In this document: positions 11,561-21,936 of the stretch, in pieces
Layout: each line of letters starts with the position of its first letter
Position numbering within the stretch: the first letter of the stretch is position 1
Assembly: GCA_963772835.1 (NCBI GenBank)
Contig: CAVYYZ010000012.1
Location: 160,001 to 224,000 of the forward strand
DNA length: 64,000 bases
Origin: an uncultured delta proteobacterium
Lineage (GTDB): Bacteria; Desulfobacterota; Desulfuromonadia; Geobacterales; Pseudopelobacteraceae
Direction of reading: 5' to 3'
Made by a program: the position numbers and the translations under genes
The notes under the pieces: model-generated
Databases searched by the model: none
Seen by the model: only the letters and a program-made list of their open reading frames with translations
Told to the model about the DNA's origin: nothing

Positions 11561-11847
11561 GTGAACAAATGTGTACAGTACTTGACGAACACAATAGTAT
11601 CGCAACTAAAAGAGCGCGAAATACAGGCCGGATGGCAACTCCGCTGTCTATTATCAACAATGGCGAAGAGCGTCTTGACTACCTTTTTCACCGGAGCGTG
11701 TATTCCGCTTCGGCATCATCCCCGCACCCCGGAATTCTACGGCCTGATCTCAACAAGCCGCGCATAGACGGGTTGTTGACAATCCGCACCATCAACCGGT
11801 TCTGGAAATTGGTTGAACTGCCGGGAGAACATCATGAAAAAATATAA
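11557..11847 (+). pseudogene. Eroded Rcp1-type single-domain response regulator
   Basis: Keeps NGEERLDYLFHR, PGILRPDLNKPRIDGL and FWKLVELP segments but lacks the beta1 acidic pocket and the beta4-alpha4-beta5 (T/S and KP) region; 96 aa. Confidence 0.65.
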
Positions 11848-13228
11848 CCTGCTGCCACAACTGAAAATCCTGCTGGTTGAGGATGATGAACATGATCGCA
11901 TCGCCTTTCGCCGTGCACTGCGCGGTACAAAAATGGGATGGGAGATCACCGAGTGTGTGCGGGCCGGCGATGCACTTGACCTTATCAGAGCGGATGCTTC
12001 ACTCTTCGATCTTGTCGTGGTTGACCATCATCTCCCGGGCCTTTTTGGAGCGGATTTCTGCAAAACTCTTCTGGCAGAGTCAATCAGTCTACCACTTGTC
12101 ATGCTGACCGGCAGTGGTTCCGAGTCGGTTGCTGTTGAAGCCCTCAAGGCCGGTGTCGATGACTATGTCATCAAGGACCCGGAGAGCACCTATTTACTGA
12201 TGCTGCCGCGCATTTTGAGCGATGCCGTAGCAGCGCATCGTGACCGGTCAGCTCGTACAGCAGCCGAAAAAGCTCTCATCGACAGTCAGGAGCGTTTGTC
12301 CGCCATCGTAGCCGGCCTGACAATTCCCACCTTCGTAATCAACGCTGCACACGTAGTCACCCACTGGAACGATGCCTGCCAGATGATTACCGGTGTACCG
12401 TCGTGCGATGTCATCAATACGCAGGAACAGTGGCGGGCCTTTTACTCGCATCAGCGTCCGGTAATGGCCGACCTGATCGTGACCGGCAGCATAGAAGACG
12501 TTGTTGCCCGGCATTACGCCGGCAAATACAAGCGGTCAGAAATGGTCAAAGATGCCTTCGAGGCGGAGGACTATTTTCCTCATTTCGGCGAAACGGGGAA
12601 ATGGATCTTTTTTACCGCCGCACCGCTCAAGGATTCGTCAGGGCGAATCATCGGCGCTATCGAGACTCTTCAGGATATAACCGATCGAAAAAATGCCGAG
12701 GTAGCGCTGCGCGCCAGCGAATCCCGTCACCGCGAATTAAGCATAACCGACGCCCTGACCGGATTGTACAATTCACGCCACTTTTTCAGCCGTGCAACTG
12801 AAGAAATTGAGCGTTCCAATCGGTATGGGTCGCCTCTTTCGCTACTATTGCTGGATGTGGATAATTTCAAACGCTACAACGACACCTACGGGCATCTGGA
12901 GGGAGATCATGTTCTGGCCGGTCTGGCAGAAGTGATCCGCCGCGAGATCCGCGGAGCCGATTCCGCCTATCGCTATGGCGGCGAGGAATTTATCGTGATC
13001 TTCCCTGAAACGGAACCGACCGAGGCCCGGATCGTGGCAGAGAGGTTGAGACAGGCGTTCGAAGACACACTCTTTTCGCCGTTACCCGGCGAGGAGGTCC
13101 GCACAAGCATAAGCATCGGCGGAGGCTGCTATCGCCCGGAAGAAAGCTTGACCGCATTTGTCAAGCGGGTGGACGAAGCCATGTACCTCGCCAAAAAATG
13201 CGGCAAAAACCGGGTACTTTTTGTGTAA
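11834..13228 (+). CDS. REC-PAS-GGDEF diguanylate cyclase
   Basis: ILLVEDD receiver, PAS/PAC, DALTGLYN, RGAD (RxxD I-site), RYGGEEF active site. Confidence 0.93.
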   Translation: MKKYNLLPQLKILLVEDDEHDRIAFRRALRGTKMGWEITECVRAGDALDLIRADASLFDLVVVDHHLPGLFGADFCKTLLAESISLPLVMLTGSGSESVAVEALKAGVDDYVIKDPESTYLLMLPRILSDAVAAHRDRSARTAAEKALIDSQERLSAIVAGLTIPTFVINAAHVVTHWNDACQMITGVPSCDVINTQEQWRAFYSHQRPVMADLIVTGSIEDVVARHYAGKYKRSEMVKDAFEAEDYFPHFGETGKWIFFTAAPLKDSSGRIIGAIETLQDITDRKNAEVALRASESRHRELSITDALTGLYNSRHFFSRATEEIERSNRYGSPLSLLLLDVDNFKRYNDTYGHLEGDHVLAGLAEVIRREIRGADSAYRYGGEEFIVIFPETEPTEARIVAERLRQAFEDTLFSPLPGEEVRTSISIGGGCYRPEESLTAFVKRVDEAMYLAKKCGKNRVLFV

Positions 13229-13351
13229 TTCGGCTTTTTGCCTCACCTCCCTGATGGACGAAGGTGATAGAGAGCATGAGTCTGCTCAAATCATGTACTT
13301 CTTTGAAAATCCGGGTTCAGAGAACTTTCTAGGGACTCAAGGGTATAACTC

Positions 13352-15319
13352 ATGACCGATACGGCAATTCCGGCGTCACACGATGAGGGCTATAAGAAAC
13401 TCTTTTCAGAAATGATTGATGGTTTTGTACTCCATGAAGCCATCTGTGATAAACACGGCAAACCTTTTGACTATCGTTTTCTGGAAATCAATCATTCATT
13501 CGAACAAATAACCGGTTTAATCCCTTCACGTATTATCGGAAAAACCTTACGGGATGTCATTCCCGAAACCGCCGGTTCCCTGATAGAAGGATTCGAGGCG
13601 GTCATGCTGACCGGAAAGCCGAGGATATTCGAGCGGTATGCGCCCGATCTCGACAGGTTTCTGAAAATTTCCGCATATCAAATCTCTCCCGACCTTCTGG
13701 CATGCGTCATAGTCGATATTTCAGAACACAAGCGCCTAGAGGACTCTCTCCGTGAAAGCGAAGCAACATTCCGCGCGCATGTTGAAAACTCCTTTGACGT
13801 AATCTTCACTCTCAACGCTATGGGCACGTTCGCTTTTGTCTCCCCCGCCTGGGAGAGGCACTTCGGCTATCCTGCCAGCGATGTCATGGGGGAAAACTTT
13901 GCACTGTTCGTTCACCCGGATGATGTATCCCCATGCGTTGAATATCTCACGAATATCCTGACCACCGGCCGGAGCGGCACCAGCCCCATGTATCGTGTTA
14001 AATGTTCGGACGGTTCATATCGGAGCTTTGTTGCCAACGGGATGCCCTACATCGACACGAAAGGTCAGCTCTTGTTTATTGGAGTCGGGCACGATGTCAC
14101 CGATCAGTTGCAGGCCGAGCGGGATCGACTCGATTTCGAGCGTCAACTGCTGCATACCCAGAAACTGGAGAGCCTGGGTGTTCTGGCCGGCGGCATCGCC
14201 CATGATTTTAACAACCTTCTGTTGACGATTCTTGGTAATGTTGAACTGGCGGCGCTGAACATTTCTCCCGATTCAACGGCGTACAGGCTCCTCGAGCAGG
14301 CGACTCTGGCGGCCAATCGAGCGGCGGATCTCACCAATCGCCTGCTCGCATATTCCGGCAGGGGGACTTTTGTTATCAACCGGCTTAATCTGAACCAGCT
14401 TGTCAATGAAAATGCCACTCTGCTCAGAACTGCAATTCCAAGAACGGTTTCGATTGATCTGAAACTCTCTTCCGTACTACACGATATTATGGGCGATGTT
14501 GCCCAGATCCAGCAGGTTGTTATGAACCTCATCACCAACGCAGCGGAAGCAACTGAAGGTAAACCCGGGGAGATAACAATATCGACCGGCCTGCAACAGT
14601 ATGATCTTGCAGACCTGTCGGTAAGCAGATTGGAAGACAAACCGGAACCGGGACATTTTGTGTATCTGGAAGTATGTGATAACGGCATCGGCATGAATGA
14701 GCTGATTCAGCAGCGGATTTTTGATCCTTTTTTTACCACCAAGTTTACCGGCCGAGGGCTCGGCATGTCAGCGGTACTCGGTATAATCAAGGCGCACTCC
14801 GGAACCCTGTTTCTGGACAGCGCGCCGGGGAGAGGAACCACCATCAGAGTCATCTTTCCGGCCACAGCAGAGGCTGTGATACTGCCCGCTGAAAACGGGG
14901 CGGTCTTCACCCCTGATGTCAGCACCCCCCGTCTGCCCGGTACCGTTCTGGTTGTGGATGATGAAAAGTCCGTCCTCAGAGTCTGTGCCACCATGGTCAA
15001 GCTCTGCGGATTTATGGCCCTCACCGCATCTGACGGGGCGGAAGCCGTCAGCACATTCATGAAGCGAAGTGACGAAATCGACCTTGTCCTGATGGATCTC
15101 ACCATGCCGAACATGGATGGTGTGGCAGCTATGCACGAATTGCGGCGTATAAAACCGGATGTAAAAATAATTCTTTCCAGCGGCTTTAATGAGCAGGAAC
15201 TTGACGAACGCATCAATGGCCAAAACCCTTCCGGGTTCATCCGCAAGCCATACAGCATGAATAATCTTGAAACTGAACTGCAGCGCGTTATGCTCGGGTC
15301 GACCGTCAAAAAAGGGTAG
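13352..15319 (+). CDS. Hybrid PAS-PAS histidine kinase with C-terminal receiver
   Basis: Two PAS domains, GGIAHDFNNLL, NLITNA, FDPFFTTKFTGRGLGM, VLVVDDE..MDLTMP..KPY receiver. Confidence 0.93.
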   Translation: MTDTAIPASHDEGYKKLFSEMIDGFVLHEAICDKHGKPFDYRFLEINHSFEQITGLIPSRIIGKTLRDVIPETAGSLIEGFEAVMLTGKPRIFERYAPDLDRFLKISAYQISPDLLACVIVDISEHKRLEDSLRESEATFRAHVENSFDVIFTLNAMGTFAFVSPAWERHFGYPASDVMGENFALFVHPDDVSPCVEYLTNILTTGRSGTSPMYRVKCSDGSYRSFVANGMPYIDTKGQLLFIGVGHDVTDQLQAERDRLDFERQLLHTQKLESLGVLAGGIAHDFNNLLLTILGNVELAALNISPDSTAYRLLEQATLAANRAADLTNRLLAYSGRGTFVINRLNLNQLVNENATLLRTAIPRTVSIDLKLSSVLHDIMGDVAQIQQVVMNLITNAAEATEGKPGEITISTGLQQYDLADLSVSRLEDKPEPGHFVYLEVCDNGIGMNELIQQRIFDPFFTTKFTGRGLGMSAVLGIIKAHSGTLFLDSAPGRGTTIRVIFPATAEAVILPAENGAVFTPDVSTPRLPGTVLVVDDEKSVLRVCATMVKLCGFMALTASDGAEAVSTFMKRSDEIDLVLMDLTMPNMDGVAAMHELRRIKPDVKIILSSGFNEQELDERINGQNPSGFIRKPYSMNNLETELQRVMLGSTVKKG

Positions 15320-15346
15320 CCGGCATACTTTCCGACTACCCTTTTT
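15308..15346. terminator. Bidirectional terminator between hybrid kinase and gltX
   Basis: AAAAAAGGGTAG...CTACCCTTTTT inverted repeat between convergent genes. Confidence 0.7.
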
Positions 15347-15401
15347 AAAGAGTGCTGAAAAACAGTGCCCGTAGTTTCGGGCCGGGCACTAACCATATCG
15401 T

Positions 15402-16805
15402 TTATTTTCCAGCCACATACTCCCGCACCTTATGGATCCGCCGGACCGTCTCCTCCACCCCCAGCGTCACAACAATTTCTCCAATGCCCGGTGCCTGCGT
15501 ACCACCCGACAGGGCAATCCGGACCGGCTGCCCGACCTGCCCCATTTTCCAGCTGTTCTCGGTGCAGATTTCTTTAAAAAGCGCATCAATTCCGGCAACA
15601 TCATCCGCAGGTGCGGATAAAAGTTTCTCCGTAACGGCGGCAAAAACTGCCGACAGCTGTTCCTTGTCAAATTTTGACAGGGCGGCGTCATCATATATGG
15701 CCGGAGCGTTGTAGTAGAACACCGCCCGTTCGGCCATCTCTTCCAGCGTCTGGGCCCGTTCCTGAAGCGTGCGTACTACTGCCAGCAGATCCGGTCCATT
15801 GAGCGTCGTCACCTCACGTGCCGAGAGATGCGGCAGCAGCAGATTGGCCAGACGCTCCGGGTCGCCGGTTTTAATATAATGGGCATTCAACCAGTTCAGC
15901 TTCTCGGTGTTAAAAACAGAGGCAGACCGCCCCACATTACCGATATCAAATTTCTGAGTCATTTCCGCCCGGCTGAAAATCTCGTCATCGCCATTGCTCC
16001 ACCCCAACCTGACCAGATAATTTATCAGCGCCTCAGGCAGATATCCCATGTCCCGGTAAGAAATGACGCTGGTTGCGCCATGCCGTTTAGAGAGGCGCGC
16101 TTTGTCAGATCCGAGAATCATCGGAACATGAGCAAATTGAGGCACTGGAAAACCAAGTGCCTCGTAGAGCTGAATCTGCCGCGGAGTGTTGTTAACATGG
16201 TCGTCACCCCGGATAACCGTCGTAATGCGCATGGTGGCGTCGTCGATCACTACACAGAAATTGTACGTCGGTGTGCCGTCGGTGCGTTGGATGATCAGAT
16301 CATCCAGCTCTTCATTTGGAAACGTAATGGTTCCCTTGATCAGATCATCAAAAGAGGTCACTCCGTCCTGTGGTGCTCGAAAACGAACCACATATGGTGG
16401 CCCATCCGGCTGGTTGGCGCTCTCACGGCATTTTCCGTCATATTTCGGCTTTCGCCCCTCCTGCATGGCCACATTACGTTTTGCATCAAGTTCCTCGGCT
16501 GTGCAGTAGCATTTGTAAGCTTTGCCGGCATCCAGCATTTTTCCGACATACTCCTTATAGAGCGGGAACGAATCTGACTGGTAGTAGGGTCCCTCGTCCC
16601 ACTCCAGTCCAAGCCACTTCATTCCCTCCAGAATGGCATTCACAGACTCCTTGGTGGAACGCTCCACATCCGTGTCCTCTATGCGTAGAATGAAGGTGCC
16701 TCCCAGTTTGCGGGCCAGCAGCCAGTTAAAAAGAGCTGTACGCGCTCCGCCGACATGAAGATAACCGGTTGGGCTTGGGGCAAAACGGACACGAAGTTCG
16801 GACAT
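15402..16805 (-). CDS. gltX: Glutamate--tRNA ligase
   Basis: [14 protein letters not shown] (HIGH), LRIEDTD, RLSKRHG (KMSKS-like). Confidence 0.97.
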   Translation of the reverse strand: MSELRVRFAPSPTGYLHVGGARTALFNWLLARKLGGTFILRIEDTDVERSTKESVNAILEGMKWLGLEWDEGPYYQSDSFPLYKEYVGKMLDAGKAYKCYCTAEELDAKRNVAMQEGRKPKYDGKCRESANQPDGPPYVVRFRAPQDGVTSFDDLIKGTITFPNEELDDLIIQRTDGTPTYNFCVVIDDATMRITTVIRGDDHVNNTPRQIQLYEALGFPVPQFAHVPMILGSDKARLSKRHGATSVISYRDMGYLPEALINYLVRLGWSNGDDEIFSRAEMTQKFDIGNVGRSASVFNTEKLNWLNAHYIKTGDPERLANLLLPHLSAREVTTLNGPDLLAVVRTLQERAQTLEEMAERAVFYYNAPAIYDDAALSKFDKEQLSAVFAAVTEKLLSAPADDVAGIDALFKEICTENSWKMGQVGQPVRIALSGGTQAPGIGEIVVTLGVEETVRRIHKVREYVAGK

Positions 16806-16914
16806 TGAGTAACTCCTTTTTCTGGCGCTGTTTACGTAGATATTGTGAGTTGAGACTATAGCATTCCCGGGTACTCTGAAAAAGTTTTTTCTCCCTGTTT
16901 GAATGCTTTAAACT

Positions 16915-16945
16915 TTGACAAGGGCATGATCAATCGTGCTATTAT
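16915..16945 (+). promoter_or_regulatory. Putative sigma-70 promoter of the acyl-CoA ligase gene
   Basis: TTGACA, then extended -10 TGcTATTAT (spacer 19 nt, longer than optimal). Confidence 0.45.
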
Positions 16946-16975
16946 TCACTCATAACAGTGTTCTGGAGGGTGCGC

Positions 16976-18838
16976 ATGCAAACCATTGATTCTTTGATCA
17001 GAGAAAGTTGCCAGAAATATAGTGATCAGCCGGCATTGCGGTTCAAACTCGCCGGAACGTGGCAGGACATGACATATGGAGCACTGTGGGAGTTGTCAAA
17101 TCGAATAGCCGCCGGCATGATCAAGAATGGTTTCAATGTTGGTGATCACGCCGCCCTTCTCGCGCCTTCTTCGCCACAGTGGGTGGCCACCTATCTGGGT
17201 ATTCTCAAGGCCGGGGGGGTTGTAGTCCCGATAGACAAGGAGCTGAAAGCTGCCGAACTGCGGCACATTCTGACCGATTGTGACGCCCGTTTCATATTCA
17301 GTGCCTCCCCGTGCCTCGATATTGTCCTGGAAATATTTTCAGATATCCCGGTTCTCGAACGTGTCATCACCCTCACGCCGATCGCATCGGAAGATGCCGA
17401 CTCCAGAGTCGTCCAGGTGCTGGACGCACTGATTGAAGAGTGGCGCGAACTGGTTTCCGCCGTGAATCTGCCGACAGACCGGCGCACGACGATTGAAGTG
17501 ATGGCCCGTCAGGCGTACCGTCTGCTCTGTCCGTCCTGCTCTGATAACGGGGCCAAGAAAGACCAGCCCGACCCGTTTGATCCGGTGGAACGACTCCGGC
17601 ACAAACTCACCCGTGAGGGGAAACTCCAGTCACTTGCCTCACTCTGCCACACGGCGCCGCTCCCGGTAAAACCACGTAGTCATACGGATACGGCTGTCAT
17701 CCTGTACACCTCCGGGACAACCGGACGCTCAAAAGGGGCAATGCTCAGTCACGCCAATATCGTCTCAAACATCAAGGGTGCTGCCGCGCATTTCCGCCTT
17801 GACAACAGCATTCACACCCTGTCATTCCTCCCGATAAACCATGTCTTTGAGCAGGTCTGCGGAGTTTTGCTGCCGCTTTCGCTGGGCGGGAGAATCTCTT
17901 TCTGCGAGTCGCTGAAAAAACTGGGTGAAAATCTTGCGGAGGTCAAACCTACTTTTTTTCTCGCGGTTCCCGTTGTGTACCGGATGATACTCGACCGTGT
18001 TATGAAGAACATAAACTCTAAAAAACTCTCGCAATGGCTTTTTTCGGTTCCGCTCACGCGGCCGATCGTCACCTCGAAAGTACGTCAGGCGTTCGGTTCC
18101 GGCACCATTTTCATCAGTGGCGGGGCGGCGCTTGATCCGGCCATTGCCAAGGGGATGACGGAATTCGGACTGTCGATCTACCAGGGGTACGGTATAACCG
18201 AAACAGCACCGATCATCAGCGCAGAGCAGCCGGGGGGCAAACGGCTCGGCACCATCGGACGGCCGCTGGAAAAGGTAGAAGTCAGAATTGATGGAGCAAA
18301 TGATGAGGGTGTCGGTGAGATCATTGTCAAAGGGCCGAATGTCATGCTGGGGTACTATAAGAATCCTCAAGCCACTGCAGAGGTGCTGTCCGATGGCTGG
18401 TATCGCACCGGTGATCTCGGTTTTCTCAGCCCGGACGGTTTTTTGACAATCAGCGGCAGGGTCAAGAATCTGATCGTAACGCCCAACGGCAAGAATGTGT
18501 ATCCGGAAGAGGTGGAGAACGAGCTTCTAAAAAGTCCGTTCATTTCGGAGGTTATGGTCTATGGTCACCGGGTTGGCACTTCATCCGAAGAGATTCACGC
18601 AATCATCTACCCCGATCAGGAGGCGCTCGACAATCAGTGCCAGTTAGACGGCAAGTGCCCGATGAGCGAAGCCGATGTAGAAGCGCTGCTGCGGGTTGAA
18701 GTCCAGAAATCCTGTAATGGCCTTGCGGATTACAAGCGGGTACGCAAGTTTACCATCCGCGAAGACGAATTCCCCAAAACAACGACCCGAAAGATCAAAC
18801 GCTTCGCCGTGGAAGCCAGCATTTCAACGGGGCATTGA
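16976..18838 (+). CDS. Long-chain fatty acid--CoA ligase (AMP-binding family)
   Basis: YTSGTTGRSKGAMLSH, QGYGITE, GWYRTGDLG, GRVKNLIV; GGAGG SD before ATG 16976. Confidence 0.9.
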   Translation: MQTIDSLIRESCQKYSDQPALRFKLAGTWQDMTYGALWELSNRIAAGMIKNGFNVGDHAALLAPSSPQWVATYLGILKAGGVVVPIDKELKAAELRHILTDCDARFIFSASPCLDIVLEIFSDIPVLERVITLTPIASEDADSRVVQVLDALIEEWRELVSAVNLPTDRRTTIEVMARQAYRLLCPSCSDNGAKKDQPDPFDPVERLRHKLTREGKLQSLASLCHTAPLPVKPRSHTDTAVILYTSGTTGRSKGAMLSHANIVSNIKGAAAHFRLDNSIHTLSFLPINHVFEQVCGVLLPLSLGGRISFCESLKKLGENLAEVKPTFFLAVPVVYRMILDRVMKNINSKKLSQWLFSVPLTRPIVTSKVRQAFGSGTIFISGGAALDPAIAKGMTEFGLSIYQGYGITETAPIISAEQPGGKRLGTIGRPLEKVEVRIDGANDEGVGEIIVKGPNVMLGYYKNPQATAEVLSDGWYRTGDLGFLSPDGFLTISGRVKNLIVTPNGKNVYPEEVENELLKSPFISEVMVYGHRVGTSSEEIHAIIYPDQEALDNQCQLDGKCPMSEADVEALLRVEVQKSCNGLADYKRVRKFTIREDEFPKTTTRKIKRFAVEASISTGH

Positions 18839-18867
18839 CTGTGGCAGAAAAGAGTTACACTGTCTCC

Positions 18868-19839
18868 TCATCCGCACCTCCGGGTGGGGAGACAGCTTCC
18901 TGATGATCGGCACCCCTGCCAACTTCCCCGGCGCGTTAACTCATTGACAATTGCATACCACATCTGGTTGTTCTTAAGCCCCCACTGTGGGGCGACGCAT
19001 ATATCAAGAGGAGCTGATCCATACAGCCGCTGTATGGATATGTGCGGCGGGAGCAGTTCCAGAAAATCTGCCACCGTCGTTACATACTGCTGCAGCGTTA
19101 AAGGCACAAACTCCCCGCGACGGTACAATGCAGCCAGCGCTGTCCCTTCCACAGCATGCAGCTGATGCAGTTTGAGCGAATCGATCGGCAGGCTGGCCAT
19201 CAAGTCGGCGGTTTTCAAAAAATCGGCGGCGCTCTCTCCGGGAAAGCCATAAATCAGGTGGGCGCAGATGTCTATATTCCGCCCGGCAGCCCGGTTAACC
19301 GAACCGGTAAAATCATCCAGAGTGTGCCCGCGATTAATGAGATTCAGAATAGTGTCGTCCATTGACTGTAATCCCAGTTCAAGGCAGACATACTTTGTTC
19401 GAGCGATATCCGTCAACAGGTCGAGGGCTTCATTTTCAAGAGAGTCCGGCCGGGTCCCGACCGAGATTCCGATCACATCCGGATGGTTGAGAGCGCGGCG
19501 GTACAGATCTGACAACAGTTCAACCGAACCGTAGGTGTTGGTATATTTCTGGAAGTAGATGATAAATTTTTCAGAGCCGAGCCGGATGCGGTGGAAAGCC
19601 ATACCCGCTGCCATCTGCTCCTCAAGCGGCACGATGGATTGGGTGCCTTTCGGGGAAAACGATACATTATTACAGTAAATGCAGCCTCCGGTCCCCTTGC
19701 TTCCGTCCCGATTGGGACAGGTGAAGCCGGCATCCACATTGACTTTGCTGACCCGCAGTCCGAAACGGCGACGCAGATAGCTCCCGTAGGAGTTGATATG
19801 AAGGTGCGGGTGGAGACGGTCGTCAGGAGTGGTTGGCAT
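18868..19839 (-). CDS. TIGR01212 (YhcC/YtqA-like) radical SAM protein
   Basis: DAGFTCPNRDG..GGCIYCN variant cluster motif, YFQKYTNTY, GTRPD, ELGLQS; start overlaps thiE stop. Confidence 0.9.
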   Translation of the reverse strand: MPTTPDDRLHPHLHINSYGSYLRRRFGLRVSKVNVDAGFTCPNRDGSKGTGGCIYCNNVSFSPKGTQSIVPLEEQMAAGMAFHRIRLGSEKFIIYFQKYTNTYGSVELLSDLYRRALNHPDVIGISVGTRPDSLENEALDLLTDIARTKYVCLELGLQSMDDTILNLINRGHTLDDFTGSVNRAAGRNIDICAHLIYGFPGESAADFLKTADLMASLPIDSLKLHQLHAVEGTALAALYRRGEFVPLTLQQYVTTVADFLELLPPHISIQRLYGSAPLDICVAPQWGLKNNQMWYAIVNELTRRGSWQGCRSSGSCLPTRRCG

Positions 19840-20458
19840 ACTCTTCAATCTTTTTCAACAGGGTTGCGGTCGCGTTGCGTGGGTCGGGGGCTGACAGTAT
19901 GGCCGAGATAACTGCTATGCCATGGATGTGGGCAGTCAGGGTCTCGGCAAGATTTTCCGGCGAGATTCCACCCAGAGCAAAAACAGGGATCTCCAGAACG
20001 GCCGCAGCCTCTGCCAGTTTGTTGAGGCCGCATGGCTCGCCGTATGCGGCTTTAGAGGGGGTGTGATACAGTGGGCCGAACGTAACAAAATCGGCTCCCG
20101 CCGTCTGGGAAGACAGCGCCTCGTCAACAGAATGAGCTGAATAGCCGATTATTTTCTCCCGCCCCAGGACCCGCCGGGCAGCGGCGACCGGCAGGCTGTT
20201 GAAGCCGAGATGAACACCATCAGCCTCTACCGCAAGCGCGATATCCAGACGGTCGTTGAGGATAAGAGCGGCATCGAATTCCCTCGTAAGCACCCTCAAA
20301 TCCATGGCTAAACGGTATACGTCGGCACTTGACAGGTCTTTTTCACGCATCTGAACAGTTCTGACCCCCCCCTCAAGAGAGAGGCGTACCACATCGAGAA
20401 GCGCTCTTCCGCCTGTCTGATGCCGATCCGTGATCAGATACAGACGTACGTCAGTCAT
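19823..20458 (-). CDS. thiE: Thiamine-phosphate synthase
   Basis: LYLITD, VQMREK, NDRLDIALAVEADGVHLG, SAHS, TPSK, ALGGI. Confidence 0.93.
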   Translation of the reverse strand: MTDVRLYLITDRHQTGGRALLDVVRLSLEGGVRTVQMREKDLSSADVYRLAMDLRVLTREFDAALILNDRLDIALAVEADGVHLGFNSLPVAAARRVLGREKIIGYSAHSVDEALSSQTAGADFVTFGPLYHTPSKAAYGEPCGLNKLAEAAAVLEIPVFALGGISPENLAETLTAHIHGIAVISAILSAPDPRNATATLLKKIEEYANHS

Positions 20459-20476
20459 CGGTCTCAATTGTGGCTT

Positions 20477-21256
20477 TCAACCGATAAGGCCATCCAGCGG
20501 ACTGGAGGCATTAGCGTAGAGTTTACGGGGAATCCGACCGGCCTTGAATGACAGTCTGCCGGCGATTACCGCCAGCTTCATCGCCTCCGCCATGGCAATA
20601 GGGTCCTGGGCACAGGCGATAGCGGTGTTCATAAGCACACCGGCACAGCCCAGCTCCATTGCAATAGCGGCATCTGACGCCGACCCGACACCGGCATCCA
20701 CGATGACCGGAACGCTGACATTTTCAAGAATGATGCGGATATTATACGGGTTACGGATACCGAGACCGCTGCCGATGGGAGCACCCAACGGCATGACAGC
20801 AGCGCAACCAAGGTCTTCCAGCTTTTTGCAGACGATCACATCGTCACTGCAATAGGGAAGCACCGTAAAACCCTCAGCTACAAGAATTTTTGCGGCTTTA
20901 AGAAGCTCTTCGTTATCAGGAAACAGAGTTTTTTCGTCTCCCAGAACTTCCAGCTTAACAAAATCTGACATGCCGGCCTCTCGTGCCAGACGGCAGGTAC
21001 GCACTGCATCGTCAGCCGTATAACAGCCGGCGGTATTGGGCAGCAGTGTGTATTTCTTCAGATCGATGTAATCAAGCAGCGATTCTTTGCTGCGATCGAG
21101 ATTCACCCTCCGTACCGCCACGGTTATAATCTGGGCACCTGAGACCTCCAGCGCCCGGGCGGTCTGCTCGAAGCTGGCGTATTTACCGGTACCAACCATC
21201 AGTCGTGAAGAAAATTCCCGACCGCCAATTATCAATGTGTCTGCACTCTGAGTCAT
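20477..21256 (-). CDS. thiG: Thiazole synthase
   Basis: [40 protein letters not shown]. Confidence 0.97.
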   Translation of the reverse strand: MTQSADTLIIGGREFSSRLMVGTGKYASFEQTARALEVSGAQIITVAVRRVNLDRSKESLLDYIDLKKYTLLPNTAGCYTADDAVRTCRLAREAGMSDFVKLEVLGDEKTLFPDNEELLKAAKILVAEGFTVLPYCSDDVIVCKKLEDLGCAAVMPLGAPIGSGLGIRNPYNIRIILENVSVPVIVDAGVGSASDAAIAMELGCAGVLMNTAIACAQDPIAMAEAMKLAVIAGRLSFKAGRIPRKLYANASSPLDGLIG

Positions 21257-21261
21257 ACCGG

Positions 21262-21462
21262 TTATCCTCCCCCGACAAAATGAACTATTTCTATTCTATC
21301 TCCATCTGAAAGAAGCTGTATTTCATAGCCGCTCTTTGGGACGATGACCTCATTCATCTCAACCGCCACTCGCTCGCTGCTGATCCCGAGATGTTGAAGC
21401 AGCTCCGCAATCGAGCAACCGTGCGTTGTCTCCACAGAATTACCGTTCAACACAATCTGCAT
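21262..21462 (-). CDS. thiS: Sulfur carrier protein ThiS
   Basis: Small ubiquitin-like protein ending [20 protein letters not shown]. Confidence 0.95.
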   Translation of the reverse strand: MQIVLNGNSVETTHGCSIAELLQHLGISSERVAVEMNEVIVPKSGYEIQLLSDGDRIEIVHFVGGG

Positions 21463-21520
21463 ATCAACCTCCGCACACAAAAAAAACCGCAGCAGCGGCT
21501 TGTATTAATACATCAGTCGG

Positions 21521-21602
21521 TCGCGCTTCCCTACGCCGGCATTACCCGGATCAGGTACGAAGGGTCGCGGATTTACCGCTCTCAGTCGAAACTCCCCTAG
21601 CT
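21521..21602 (-). ncRNA. TPP (THI-box) riboswitch
   Basis: Minus strand reads CTAGGGGAG..CTGAGA..ACCC..ACCTGATCCGGGTAATGCCGGCGTAGGGAA, directly upstream of thiS. Confidence 0.95.
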
Positions 21603-21609
21603 TTGTCCC

Positions 21610-21638
21610 AAAGTAGACGATTGCCGACACTCTGTCAA
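21610..21638 (-). promoter_or_regulatory. Putative sigma-70 promoter of the thi leader
   Basis: TTGACA-17 nt-TACTTT just upstream of the TPP aptamer. Confidence 0.6.
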
Positions 21639-21936
21639 TTCAATTTTAGTCCGCCGGATCCGACCGTTCTCCCTTTTTTTGTACACAACAAATGATCTCC
21701 GCGCGGAAAGTGCAGAAGGTATTTTACGTACGTAACCTGCTTTATCGGGGATCCTGAAAATCCATTTGTTACCGCATACCATCTGTTATTCAATATAGTC
21801 ATGAACAGCGATAAGATAAACTGACATTTTTTTCGCAGATAAGCTGCTATCTATTGAAATTATTTTATAATTCTGGCATTGTGCCCGGTGCATGCGTGGC
21901 TTGTTCTGCAAGATCAGGTACCGGAGGACGGATAGA

